DNA of 64,000 nt from Epiperipatus broadwayi (GCA_028023455.1 JAQFVV010000006.1:10850001-10914000), one strand, 5' to 3'. Positions 51,801 to 64,000 are shown, numbered from the stretch's first letter. The notes: generated by a model not told the origin, from the letters alone. Translations and numbers: made by a program.

Positions 51801-54200
51801 TTGTATATGATTAGACATATAGAATGATGAAGTGGACAGACTTTTCTTGTGGAACAGCTAGATTGTTTAACTATTAATGAATTTTATTTATTGTTTTGTA
51901 AATGCAGATAGTTATTTATCGATGTAAGATGTAGAAAAATCTTGAGAAATAATGTTGAGATAGTGGCTTGGAAGTACTTAGTGAACAGGAAACCAAGATG
52001 ATGTTTTAAGAAATAGGATGTTATAAGGAATGGAAATAATATTTAGTCTTTATGTGGTTATCAGCATAGTTAACAAAGCCCTATGACTGATACACATTTT
52101 ATTTGGATAGTGTTTATATTTCTTTAAATATTTGATGTTCTAATAAAGCTGAAGAAATGGCTTTAACATCGTACCTTTACTAGAGGATATTAGGCAGGTA
52201 AATGCCATACCTCTTCACACTGTGCCATGATTTTGAGATATGTTGAGAGTAATACTCTAGCTTTCTTCCTTAATCCTATGCATCTGTTTTCGCTATTTTT
52301 ATTTCATGTAACTGCATCGTTTAGTAAGATATGTTTAAGAGAAATGATAAATAATTTAGAACTTATGTTATGCTATCGTTTTTGTATAAGATTAGTTTAT
52401 TTGCTTAGAAGGAATATGACGTTATAACTTAAAATTGAAGATCCAAAGTATCCTAAGGAAAGAAAAGAATCATAGAATATATTTTGAATTTTATTTCGGA
52501 AATGAAATATAAATTTTTTTAAAATAAGGTATCTAAACAAAGATATTTTCTTTAAAGTGATAATAATTTTAAATGCTTTAGTATTATTATTTTTTTAAGA
52601 GAAAAATAAGTATTGCATATTTTTAAGATACAATAGTACAAAGTAAATTATGTAAACAATATGCATAGTATATTTTTTGTTTATTGATTAACAGAAATAT
52701 ATTAATGATTACACTTATATCATACTAAAGTAAGGCTTAAAGAAGAATATATTATGATTAGTAAACATTGTGTGATAAATACTAAAATCTAGTATTGAAT
52801 TTTGGATAATATTTTGTGTAACATCTTTGACTTTGCAAAATGAAATTTTTTTATATATTTTGAGAAGACCATACTCATTATAAAATTTTGTTTTCTATGG
52901 AATGTTTTCTAAGTATGAATTTTTAAAATAAGATAGTTTAATAATATTAAGGATAAAATGCTGTTGCTAATAAAGTAGATAAATATATTTGTAATAAGTT
53001 AACCATAATAAGAAACCAAATAGTAACATTTTTTTTAATTTTGTCCCAAATCTAAATAAAAATATAATTGAAATATAATTTTTTTTTTATAACCCGGTAG
53101 ATCAAACTGTAAAGTAAAAAAGTTAAGGATATCCACTGTAAATAGTGTAAATAAATTGTTTATTTATTTGTTGATAGTAATAAACTTTGTTAAATTTTGT
53201 TATTTCAAAAATTTTGTGTCCGAGTTATTTACTTCTCCACATCGCTGCATGAAAACACGATATATGCATAATGATTGAAACAAATATATAATTTTGCACA
53301 AAAGATCAATAGAGAATTATTTTAAAAATTTTAAATATTTTATTGGTATTCATTATAATTAAATAATCATAATCTTACATTATTTTATTGGTCATAAATC
53401 AGTTATCACAATATTATATTAAATTATATGTTATCAGTTGCCACACATATTTTGTTTGTCAGATTATTAAAATGCTACCACGTATTTATTATATTATTAC
53501 ATGAAGATATAAGATCATATTATATTATTTCATTATTTTATTATGGTAATAAAATTATAGTAAAAAGAAAAGATATACAGAATTAATTAAACAATGAAGA
53601 ATATTATTGTTATTATTTATTATTATTAGTTTAAGTGTAGTAGATTATGACATAAAATCCCTTCTCCTATTTTACTACCTTATTTTAAATTAACTTAGAA
53701 TAAACTTTATGAACCTGAGATTATTTTATTGAGCTAGATTATTAAATAGAAGATTAAGACTTAATTATTAGTTTAATCTTAGTGAGTAGAAGTTATTAAA
53801 GTCGTGAGAATACTATGAGTTTGTTATTTGAAATAGTAATAAAGGGGGGATAGTGTTCTTATGCCATTGAGGTAGTATCCTGTGGGATATTGGCTCAATG
53901 TAATCTATCTTGTCACCTGTATTTTCACTTCAAGTCTCATGAAAATATTAAATATTTATTTAATTTGTTTTTATAAACTGAACCTTATTCGTATTTTAAA
54001 TTTGAGCTAGTGAAACATTTTAATTTCAATGCTGAATATTTTAGTTATTAATTATTAACTGAGATAGAACCTGTTTTATTTTATATCATATATTATCTGG
54101 AAGTGAGGATGCACGAGATTACAAGGGTAGATTATGGCCCCCAACGTGGTTGGCCTGATGTGTAGTGGAGCTACACATAGTGTAGGTTAGAATATATATA

Positions 54201-54562
54201 TATGTAAATGCGTTTTGCCAATTTATGAACGCATATATATGTGTGTGTGCGTGTAAATGCGTTTTGCCAATTTAATTTACGGATGGTTGGCCTGCCTTAA
54301 GAATCAATATTTAAGGGAGGAATTCATTTGCCTTAACGTACCCGAGTTCAAGAACGAAGTATGCTTCGGTAACCCGATATGCATTCCTTCTCATAGTTTC
54401 TTGTTTATATGTAAATGCGTTTTGCCAGTTTAATTTGCGGATGGGTGGCTTTCCGTAAGAATCAATATTTAAGGGAGGCTGTGGCCTTAACGTACCCAAT
54501 TTCAAAAACAAAGTATTTTTCGCTAACCCGATATCCATTCCTTCTCATAGTTTGCTTGTTTA
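54201..54562. repeat. CpG-retaining about 157-bp tandem duplication with a repeated gtaaatgcgttttgcca motif
   Basis: Units at about 54252-54410 and 54411-54562. The short motif occurs three times. Confidence 0.85.
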
Positions 54563-55413
54563 ATACGAGTTCCGAGCTACTGGTATCCTGGTATTCACGA
54601 AATAGCTAGATGAAGTAATTTGGAAAGAAAATAAAATGTAGAGACATGAATACTATCACTACATACTACTGTAGGGAATACGGTCAAAATGACTTTAATA
54701 TTAAAATCTGCTTAAAATTCCATATAAAGATATAAGATCATTGTATGCTACTATGCTAAAATCCATTATTAAAATCAAATAAACCCCCTTTTTGTTTCAA
54801 AATCATTAGTTAAAATAGACGCATGTATAGATTAGCATCTTAGCCATAGCATGATTAATTAATAAATATCATTATTTAACTACGCATTCGCCCATAGATT
54901 TAAATAGCCTTTATATACATAAATATATGTATGTAAAGATCGCACTTTATTTCCCTCACTTTTAAAAATCGTTAAATTAAACTGACGCGTATATAGACTA
55001 GGTCTTATGCATCGCGTAATTAAATAATAAATATTAGTGCTTGACTCCGTGTATATGTAGAGATAAAAGTTTGCAATGTATTCCTCCCTATCTTTCAAAA
55101 ATCATTAAATTAAACAAACGCGGTAAAAAGTGTTCACCTGGAACATATATATTATGTTTTAGTTTACTCTGCTTCGCGTTACTTCAAATCCATTAGCTTA
55201 CATTATGTTTATTTGCAACTTTTTCATTTATTTTATTATACACGATGGTTGATGTAAATGAGCGGCACTCACAACAAAAATATATTAGATTCTATTATTC
55301 CCCTATGTACTATTTTTTTGCAGTTTGCAATGCTATAAATTACAGAATCCATCATTAAACAGGCTCAAACCCCTTTACTACCAAGATGCATGGAATTTAG
55401 AATAACTTTCAGT

Positions 55414-56040
55414 ATCATCATCATCATCAATCATTATCAATCCACTGCATGATGAAGGTCTCTCCAAGTTCAATCCATCTTCTCCGATCTTTAGCTTCTC
55501 TTCTCCACATCACTCCTGCACACTTTCTTATTTCATTCATCCATCTCACATGTGGTCTCTTTCTGAGTTTTTTACAATCTCTTGGAATCCAGTTTAAGAT
55601 TTCAGTGGTCCATCTATTGTCATCTTTTCTAGCAATATGTCGAACACAACTCCACTTCAGTTTTTTAATTTTTTTAATGAGGTCAATAACACTTGTTTGT
55701 TCTCTTACCCATATATTGCATTTTCGATCTCTTCTTGTTACTCCCAACATGCATCTATTCATACTTCTTTGAGTAATCTGAAGTCTCTGTATTGCTTTTC
55801 TATTAAGTGTCCAAGTCTTAGATCCATAAGTAAGTTCTGGTAACAGATTTATTAAAAGCCTTTATTTTCAAACACATAGGCATATTTCCTTTTAGTATTA
55901 AGTTATTTCTACTGGGAGCACTCTAACCAAATTTAATTCTATAATTATTTTCATCTATTATGTTTCCATCTGTATTAATAATCTGACCAAGGTATTATAG
56001 CTCTTAACTTCTTCTAATTCATCATAATCAATCTTTAACT
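55414..56040 (-). mobile_element. RTE LINE 5'-truncated copy
   Basis: ORF 55427..55762 and a (CAT)n tail on the plus strand. Confidence 0.9.
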
Positions 56041-56249
56041 TTCAGTATATAAATAATAAAATTAAAATCTTTACATGGAATAAATATCTAAATCACACCT
56101 GTATATCTAGAGTGAACCAGCGAAAAGTTAATTAATTCTATCTCAAGCTACCTGAAAAGACATATGTGAGTCAATACATGTGTTATGTAGTGACAGTTGA
56201 TATACTTGTCACAAAAAAATTTTAAGTGCTGCATTAAGTCATGATAAAC

Positions 56250-56860
56250 TAACATGATAACCATGTGTTTTTTTTTGAGTTTGGACAAAATTACTACTAA
56301 AATGTTTGAAATGGTTCAGACTGTATGTGGAATAAAATTAAAAATTCTCGGAACATTTTCAATCACGTTGCAAGATTTCATGATTGCAGAAAGAACATTG
56401 AAGATAACTTACAAAAAGGTGTTAATTAATAATCCAGACATGCCAGAGATTTGAAATTTTATAGTGAAGATCTAAACTATATCAATTAAGTCATTGCATA
56501 GCACACACTGTGAGCATCTTGGAAAAAGAACCAGTCACCATTTAGAAGCTTCATGGAATAAAGATGGCACATAATCTGGATTTAAATCTGAATCTGCATT
56601 GAGCAAAGTTGAAACAACAGCAACCTTGGCTCTATTCTTTTACATAGCTAGTATGTAATCAATCTGGCTTAGCATTCAATATTGGTTGGAAAATGAGTAT
56701 CTAACTTTTCTTAAGTAGCCAATAAAACAGGAATAAAAAGTTGATAAAGTGCTATCATCTGGCAATAGGGAAGTCTGATGAATATTATCTTTTTTTTATT
56801 GCTTCTCCCATGGAAACAATTGGAGATATCTTTGTCTTGAAACAGGCTATTTAACATCTG
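56250..56860 (-). mobile_element. Possible THAP-bearing DNA transposon remnant (PIF/Harbinger-ISL2EU-like)
   Basis: Minus-strand fragments NC...NKKKIIFIRLP and AKVAVVS......DLNPDYVPSLF resemble THAP N- and C-terminal motifs. F.I..TV.TISNI resembles a transposase HTH. Very decayed. Confidence 0.3.
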
Positions 56861-57335
56861 TTTATCTTTATTTACCATATAATCAAATAAACAAGAAAAA
56901 GCAAATGTGAAATATTGCTGAGATATAACCCACAAGAGGGAAAATTTAACAGGAATTTCTTAGACATGAATACATTAGTTATTCCAAGCTTCATCAATTC
57001 AATAAAAATTACTTTGTTTTTTAAATTGTTCCATTATGTTTATATTTATTCCCAAGTTGAAAAACTATTCAAGGTAGTTGAAACGCAAAATCATAATCTA
57101 AAAAATAATATTTCCCCATTTTAAATATTCATTAGTGTGGCTTCCTATATATTATTTTTTAATTATTGATGCTATTTGAAAGTGTGATGTATAGAATTAA
57201 CATAACTAAGGTTATCTAATTAGTACATATGCCAGTTTACTGAAATAACTCATTATGAAAGTGGCAAAGAAAGTTGAAGTACATTCAAAATCACATTACA
57301 TTTGCAGGCAAGTCTATTAAATCATCCTTAAATCA

Positions 57336-58025
57336 CTAAACATCACATGATCACCATTCCTTATGCTTACACAAGATCTTTACGCAGAAACCAAACTCTC
57401 ACACAGTAGCATCATTCAGTGCAAGTCAGAATCATCAATGGTTGGAGAAAGATTTGTGCGTAAAATCCTTATCTAGTGCCTACTCATCCAATATTCCCAG
57501 ATTCATTTATAGCTTGTGGCTTTCATCAGTGATGAGCCTTATATCTGAGAGCACTGCATCTAGATCTTAGATTTCATCTGAAAGCACTGCACCCAGATCT
57601 GAGAATCTAATGCAACTCTCCATCAGCCACTTTTTATCTTATTAGCTAACTATAAAGTTTTGAGTCTAAAATGAAAATAAAAGGGCCAAAGACACTAAAC
57701 GTATGAATGTTGAACTCAGTTCATATGACTATACAGGCTAATGAGATTGAATTGAAAACATTATTGTGTTTTCATTTTGGACTCAAAGGGTTATATTTAG
57801 CTAATAAGATAAAAGGTGGTTGCTGGAGGATTGCATTAGATCCTAAGATCTGGTGCAGTATTCTCAGATCCAAGACTCCTCACAAGCCACAAGCTAGAAA
57901 AATTGTCTGGGGATATTGGATGAGTATGCAGTACATAAGGATTTTATGCATAAACCTTTATGCTTCCATTGATTACTCTGTTTTGCATTGAGTGGTACTA
58001 ATGTGTGAGGAGTTTTGACTCTGTG
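57336..58025. mobile_element. Family A long foldback insertion with two inactivated hammerheads
   Basis: About 650-bp inverted repeat with a left-only extension. TSD cat(c/t)cttaaatca at 57323-57335 and 58026-58038. Confidence 0.85.
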
Positions 58026-58289
58026 CATTCTTAAATCATAATTATATTTCCAAAAACACATATTATCATAGTACAATATGTCCATTTGCATAAATCTCTA
58101 GTGGGTTTAAAAACAGCTTTATATAATCCCTTCTAAACTTTTTCAAACATTTATGCACATAGTGACAAAATCATTTGTTTCAAAAAAATTAGAAAATATT
58201 AAATTAAAAATATATACTATCTCATGTGTGTATATATATATAGAAAGAATGTTAGATACTAGCTGAAATCTATATAAAATATTTAAAAC

Positions 58290-58385
58290 GTCAAGCATTG
58301 GTAGTCTAGCGGTTAGCGTAGCCGCCTTTCAAGCAGCCGGTCTGGGTTTGCTTCCCGGTCAACGCTTTGCCATATAAAATTATAT
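58290..58385 (+). mobile_element. tRNA-Gly(UCC)-derived SINE or retropseudogene with 11-bp TSD
   Basis: 58295-58365 (GCATTGGTAGTCTAGCGGTTAGCGTAGCCGCCTTTCAAGCAGCCGGTCTGGGTTTGCTTCCCGGTCAACGC) is collinear with the eukaryotic tRNA-Gly(TCC) sequence as I recall it. Flanked by atatttaaaac at 58279-58289 and 58386-58396. Confidence 0.85.
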
Positions 58386-58567
58386 ATATTTAAAACACCC
58401 GCCTCATTCCCCCTTAAATAAAGAAAAGCTTGAATTTTCTATGAATTGTAAAATTTTAGCTTTGTTTTATAGATAAATTTAACTTTAAACTTTCTTTATT
58501 TTTACAGCAACTGGTGCTAGGTTTAGAAAAAGCTATATATTTGTTGTCTTCAAACATTGATGATTAA

Positions 58568-58663
58568 CATTTTTTTTTTTTAAAGTGTCATAGCATCGGC
58601 CGGGACGCAACCCGGGCAACTGCCTGCTAGTTCAAGGCAGTCGCGCTGACCTCTAGACCACCA
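58568..58663 (-). mobile_element. tRNA-Gly-derived SINE (short subtype)
   Basis: Same body with an A tail. Probable TSD atgattaa at 58560-58567 and 58664-58671. Confidence 0.8.
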
Positions 58664-59025
58664 ATGATTAATAATTGACATTCACCTTCAACTGATTCAA
58701 CTGTAATTGGAGCTAAAGAAAATTATAACTCCAACTAACTGCAACTAAAGAGGTCTAAAATCGTTTTTCAATTATTTAATCCTTCTGATCTCCAATGAGA
58801 CAATTTTTTATTTGCCCAAAATTGAAAGCAATACTACTTGTTGTTAAAAAGATGCTGATTGGTTTTCAGATAAAATGTGGGGGGAGGGGGTTCAGCTTTT
58901 GGTTGCTGATTAATTTAATTAATAAATTGTATACAGGAAAAAAATAATTTAAATATAGTTTCTTTTTCCGTCTTGAACAATATAAAAATTAAACTTTATA
59001 TTCTTAAATCTTAAACATTAAGATT

Positions 59026-62000
59026 CATCATCATCATCAATCATTATCAATCCACTGCAGGATGAAGGTCTCTCCAAGTTCAATCCATCTTTTCCCATCT
59101 TTAGCTTCTATCCTCCACATCACCCCTGCACACTTTCTTATTTCATCAATCCTACTCACATGTGGTCTTTTTCTGGGTCTTTTACAATCTCTTGGAATCC
59201 AGTTTAAAATTCCAATTGTCCATCTATTACCTCTTCTAGCAATATGTCCAGCCCAACTCCACTTTAGTCTTTCATTTTTTTAATGAGGTCAATAACACCT
59301 GTTTATTCTCTTACCCATACATTATGTTTTCGATCTCTTCTTGTTACTTCCAATATGCATCTCTCCATATTTCTTTGAGTGGTCTGAAGTCTCTGTATTG
59401 TTCTTCTATTAAGTGTCCAAGTCTCAGATCCATAAGTAAGAACTAGCAAAACACATTTATTAAAAACCTTCCTTTTCAAACACATAGGCATATTTCCTTT
59501 TAGTATCAAGTTATTTCTACCAAAAGCACTCCAACAAAGTTTAATTCTATGATAAATTACATCCATTATGTTTCCATCTGTATTAATAATCTGACCAAGA
59601 TATTTGTAACTGTTAACTTCTTCTAACTCATCAAAACCAATCTTTATTTTCATATTTTGAGAAAATCTATTAAACATTATTTTAGTCTTTTTAACATTTA
59701 TCTTTAGTCCTACTTTTCCACTTTCATCTGATAATTCCTGCAACATTTCCTGTAGCTCTAAAGAATTTCTACAGCATTATTTGCAAAAACAACTACATCA
59801 TCTGCAAAACCTAAATGACTTAAATAATCTTGATTTACTTTCACTCCTTTAGCTTCCCATTTTAATCCACAAAATTTCTTGAAACACTGCTGTAAAAAGT
59901 TTTGGAGATATGGAGTCACCCTGTCTTACACCCTTTTCAATGTTAATTTTTCTACTATCATTATGTAATCTAATTGTTGCTGTTGCATTTTGATAAATAT
60001 TCATTAAAATATGACAATATCCTGGATCTATACCTTGATGATCCAATGCTTTAATCACTGAAAAAATGTTTATAGAATCAAATTCCATTTCATAATCTAT
60101 AAATCCTAAGCATAATAGCAACTCATATTCATTTGTCTTTCTATAACTTCTCTCAATACCTGGATATGATCTACTGTACTAAAACCACTTTCAAATCCAG
60201 CTTGTTTGCTTGGTGGAAATCCAGTGTTTTCTGTAAACGAGTTGTAATTATCTTAGTAAAAATTTTGTATAAAACTGATAAAAGGCTGATAGGTCTGTAA
60301 TTTCTAATATCTTCTTTATCACTTTTTTTAAATATTAATATTAATACTGCATTCTTCCAATCATCTGGTACATCGTTATCATTTAGACATTTGGTATATA
60401 ACTTTGCTAAAAAAAATTATATTTCTTCACCTGCTTCGTTTAATATATCAATTATAATTCCATCATTACCTGGAGCCTTCCCTTTCTTCATAAATTTAAT
60501 TGCATGTCTCACTTCCTCATTCAAAATTCTGGGCAATTCAGAAGATATAATAGGTATAGGAAGCATTTGTTTTTTATTACTATATAATTCTTGATAGACG
60601 TCTTCTACACATTTCATGATGTCATCTCTCTTTTTAGTAATAATGCCATCTTTTTTTTTATTGCAGATATAAATTTCCTATCAATACCAAAATGTTGTTT
60701 TACACTCTTTAGACTTTTATTCTCTTCTATAGCTTTCCTTGCTAGTTCACAATTATACTTTCTTATATCATTTTCAATTCTTTTCCGCACCATTTTACAA
60801 AATTTGAGATATTCAATCTTTTTTAATGCATCATTGTTGTATATCCTCATATTCCTTCTTTTTTTCATAAATTCTCTAGTCTCAGTAGAAATTTTATTGG
60901 TCAATTGCTGCTTTTTTCTACCATCTATCTTTGTTGCAGTTTTTAAAAGTGTATCAGTTATTTTCCTAATAATGTCATTCAAATCTGAATCATGTTCAAA
61001 ATCTACTAATACTTGAAACCTATTTGTAAGTTCTAATTTAAATTCATTAGAATGTCTCTGAAGATTAGGAATATCAACTGTAAATATTGTTTTTCTTAAT
61101 AATTTTTGTCTCTCTAGTTTTGCATTAACATGTATCTTACATCTTACTAATCGATGATCACTTCCTGTGTTAAATTTATTAAGAACATTACAATCTTGAA
61201 ATATGTATTTTCTGTTAGTCAAAATATAATCCAATTCTGCTGTACCTTCATTTGGATGCTTCCATGTCCATTTTCTTTTAACATTTTTGGTAGTTTTATA
61301 ATAGCATGTTGAAACTGCCTGAGAGTGTTATTATTATGATAGCGCACACAAATATGCCATTTAGGTGGCCTCCGCTATCAAATGTTCTATTTCTAATGTG
61401 TAAGCCTAGAAATAGTTCATTGATACATGGTGTCTGTGTCTATTTCTATGCTAATGCACAGAAACATGACATTCAATCTGCCACAGACGCTATTGTGACA
61501 GCTTACAGCTCAGATTTGTGTTACGCATTTTTGGTGTGTGATCACATTTCACTTTTGGGTTCAGTATTGTGTGAGAAATGGCTGGAATTGCGAATGTCAA
61601 AACTATTTTAATATTCATTAAGACCTTCTCCCCCTCTATCTCCCATGTTTTATGAATGTCTACTTAACAGTTATGAGCATAGTCTCATGCTTCCATAGAC
61701 CAGATTTTCTGTTCAAAAAATTCAGCAAGTGTAGGTGCAAGTGCGATTTGGATCAAATCATGCTCCAAGTCACCTTTCTGCGAGAACAACTGTGAGCTTA
61801 ATCATATGGCTGCAATAGGAAAGTTTCCGAATGTCAAAGTTCTCTGCCTGCTGGAAGTGGTCATCAAACAAAAGAGGGTTGAAGCTGCATGCGTGCTGTT
61901 CCTGAAGAGCCAAAAAAGTTGTTTTTAATTGCTGTATATATTTGTTGTTGTAATTACCGTAAAAAGTTTGTCAATCTTCGAGTTGCGTTACCCCATGTGG

Positions 62001-63446
62001 TTGAGAATTGTATCCCCCTACCTCACCCCAAAAAAAAGTTTGACTTATTGTTGGAAATGTTACTGTTAAATAGAAATATATTTATTTGTAATTTTAAAAA
62101 AAAAGTTGATTTCGTAGAATTTACCAAACCGAACATAAAAATAATGAAAGAATAAAAAGTAACTACATTTTAAAATTAATTTTGATTTATATATTTTTTT
62201 TAAAAAAAAAAATGATTTGTGATATTACTTTTAAATGTGATAAACAAACCAAAAAAAAAAAAAAAAAACGTCGACCCGAAAATATAAGTAATGAAAAGAA
62301 TAAAAATTAAGTACTTCTTTAAATTCATTTTGATTTATGCACTTTTTTTGTTAACAATAAATTTACTTTTAAATGTGATAAACAAACCAAAACAGAAAAA
62401 AAAACCTGGCCCCAGCAACATTATATTTATCTTTGTTTACAAATAAACCACGCCCTCCGGTGGTTTCAACACGCTATTATAAAACTACCATATTTTTCTC
62501 AAAAAAAGAATTCATAATATAAAGTTTTTCTTTTTCTGAAAACTTCAGAAGTCTATGTCCTCTTTCATTTTTATTACCATAACCAAAATTACCTACAGCA
62601 TTTTCATCTTTCATTTGTTTACCAATTCTAGCATTAAAGTCTCCCATAACAATTTTAAAATGTTGTTTACTCTGATCGAAAGCTTTTTGTACATCCATAT
62701 AAAACTCTTCAATAACTTCATCACTATGAGAACTTGTTGGGGCATAAACCTGAATTATCTGCATTTGGTATCTGCTATTAAGTTGTAAAACTAATCTTGC
62801 CACTCTGTCTGATACACCATCAATCTCCACAATGTTATTCTTTCATTTTTTATTTATAATGAATCCTACTCCACTTGTATTTCCAATATTTGTGCCTTTA
62901 TAGTAGAGTATATGTCCACTTTTTAAATCAATTGTTTCTTCCCCTTTTCTTCTAACTTCACAAAGTTCAATAATGTCCCATTTAATATAATTCTAACTTT
63001 TGCAATTTTCCTTTACTTAAAAGTGATCTGCAGTTTTAAGTACCTAAATAAAAAGTCATCATCAAATGGCAGCCTGAGTCCACAATTGGGGATTCTTAGC
63101 ACCCTCCACCTTTAGCCACCAACTCTTGCCTTGGTTGGTGACTTTACAGCCTACTGGGAATAAGGGCCATGATTTATTTTTTGTCTGTCATGATTGTATA
63201 TATTGGAAAAAATATTCTTAAACTCGGAGGTTAAAAGCTAATAAACTCACCATGCTGGCTAATGTGTGTTGGTGAGCAGCCCATCCATGTTCGTATACTA
63301 TATGAATAATCACATAATAATAACAGCTGCAATGACAAGAATGTATGGAATGGACATTAGGAATTTGCCCTGCTCAGTTCCTTTAATGCCTTCAAGAGGA
63401 ATCAAAGGGTCTCCTTTCAGTTAATAGCAAATTCCTTTCTGCAGCC
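59026..63446 (-). mobile_element. Near full-length RTE LINE, inactivated and interrupted by a 1.2-kb insertion
   Basis: ORFs 59303..59746, 59849..60121, 60417..60617, 60614..61234 and 62477..62830 (APE and RT). The 5' UTR to 63446 matches 31747 onward. Confidence 0.95.
61289..62489. mobile_element. Non-autonomous TIR DNA transposon, Merlin-like ends, nested in the RTE
   Basis: 27-bp TIRs GGTAGTTTTATAATAGC(A/G)TGTTGAAAC at 61289-61315 and 62463-62489 with one mismatch. 8-bp TSD a(c/t)attttt at 61281-61288 and 62490-62497. The RTE sequence resumes across it. Confidence 0.85.
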
Positions 63447-63479
63447 AAATTAAATAGTAACATAAAAATAAATTTCTTC

Positions 63480-64000
63480 ACTTTTACAAACAAAAAATTT
63501 TCCATAATATTCTATGTTCAATCTATATATTAATTTCAAAAATATTTAGTCGTTTAAAATTCTATTTAGAATAGTTATAAATGACAATTTTTTATTTTTT
63601 TCTTGATAACTTTATCTTCACATGATCACAATTTCTTTGTTAAAACAGATCTGTTGTGTTGTGATGTATTTTGGCTTCTCCTTAAACGAAGTCAAGAATA
63701 ACTCAGCAATTGTGCCCAGATAAACCTGTTAGCCACTTTATTTTCCATTTCCCATTCTAAGTCTTCTCATATTCTGCCCCATCCTATTTCCACAACATAA
63801 TCTTTGTCAACTCTATGGTCTTTATATTTAAATCCCCCTTATCTTTTCGCAACCCCAGCATAAAAACCAATAACTCACTTTCTGTATAATCACTTTGTTT
63901 ATATCTATTCTCCCATAACTTCATTATCTGTACCCTTTCTGCTTTCAAGCATTTACATTCAATCAACAGATGCCTAATATTTTCTATACCTTCCTTACAC
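63480..64000 (-). mobile_element. Possible LINE C-terminal remnant
   Basis: ORF 63784..63966 (LLVFMLGLRK...IELTKIMLWK) loosely resembles the end of L1/Tx1-type ORF2. Weak. Confidence 0.25.

Noticed and set aside
58295-58365. Functional tRNA-Glu/Gly gene
   Set aside because: The T-loop is mutated (GGTTTGC), the TTC anticodon conflicts with the Gly-type body, and it has a TSD and seven dispersed relatives. It is a SINE copy.
58290-58671. Convergent SINE pair as a single composite element
   Set aside because: Each copy has its own separate TSD, so they are independent insertions.
13915-61016. Hydrophobic antisense ORFs such as 13915..14157, 19288..19500, 20579..20899, 55449..55772, 59062..59283 and 60591..61016
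   Set aside because: They are opposite-strand shadows of RTE LINE coding sequence.

Overview
Very AT-rich (roughly 70% or more A+T by eye, not counted), CpG-depleted, repeat-dense eukaryotic DNA, most likely from an invertebrate animal; the species cannot be assigned. The only intact protein-coding genes I can support are two same-strand paralogous cytochrome P450s with intronless CDSs (10299-11765 and 35886-37352, 488 aa each, clan 2 / CYP1-17-like). Both carry the same unusual catalytic motifs. The rest is mostly decayed transposons: two near full-length RTE LINEs plus fragments, a Ty3/Gypsy pol remnant, an L1/Tx1-like remnant, an Ingi/Vingi-like LINE remnant, an internally deleted Tigger/pogo element, a Merlin-like TIR element nested in an RTE, and eight copies of a tRNA-Gly-derived SINE. 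The most striking signal is not visible in the ORF track. At least four unrelated small non-coding repeat families carry hammerhead-ribozyme cores (CUGANGA...GAAA). They recur as head-to-head inverted 'foldback' insertions and/or tandem arrays, several with 11-15 bp target-site duplications and a one-sided 3' extension. This architecture resembles Penelope-like-element (PLE) derivatives and non-LTR retrozymes. All RNA folds were worked out by hand, no catalytic activity is shown, and no autonomous PLE ORF was found in the window.
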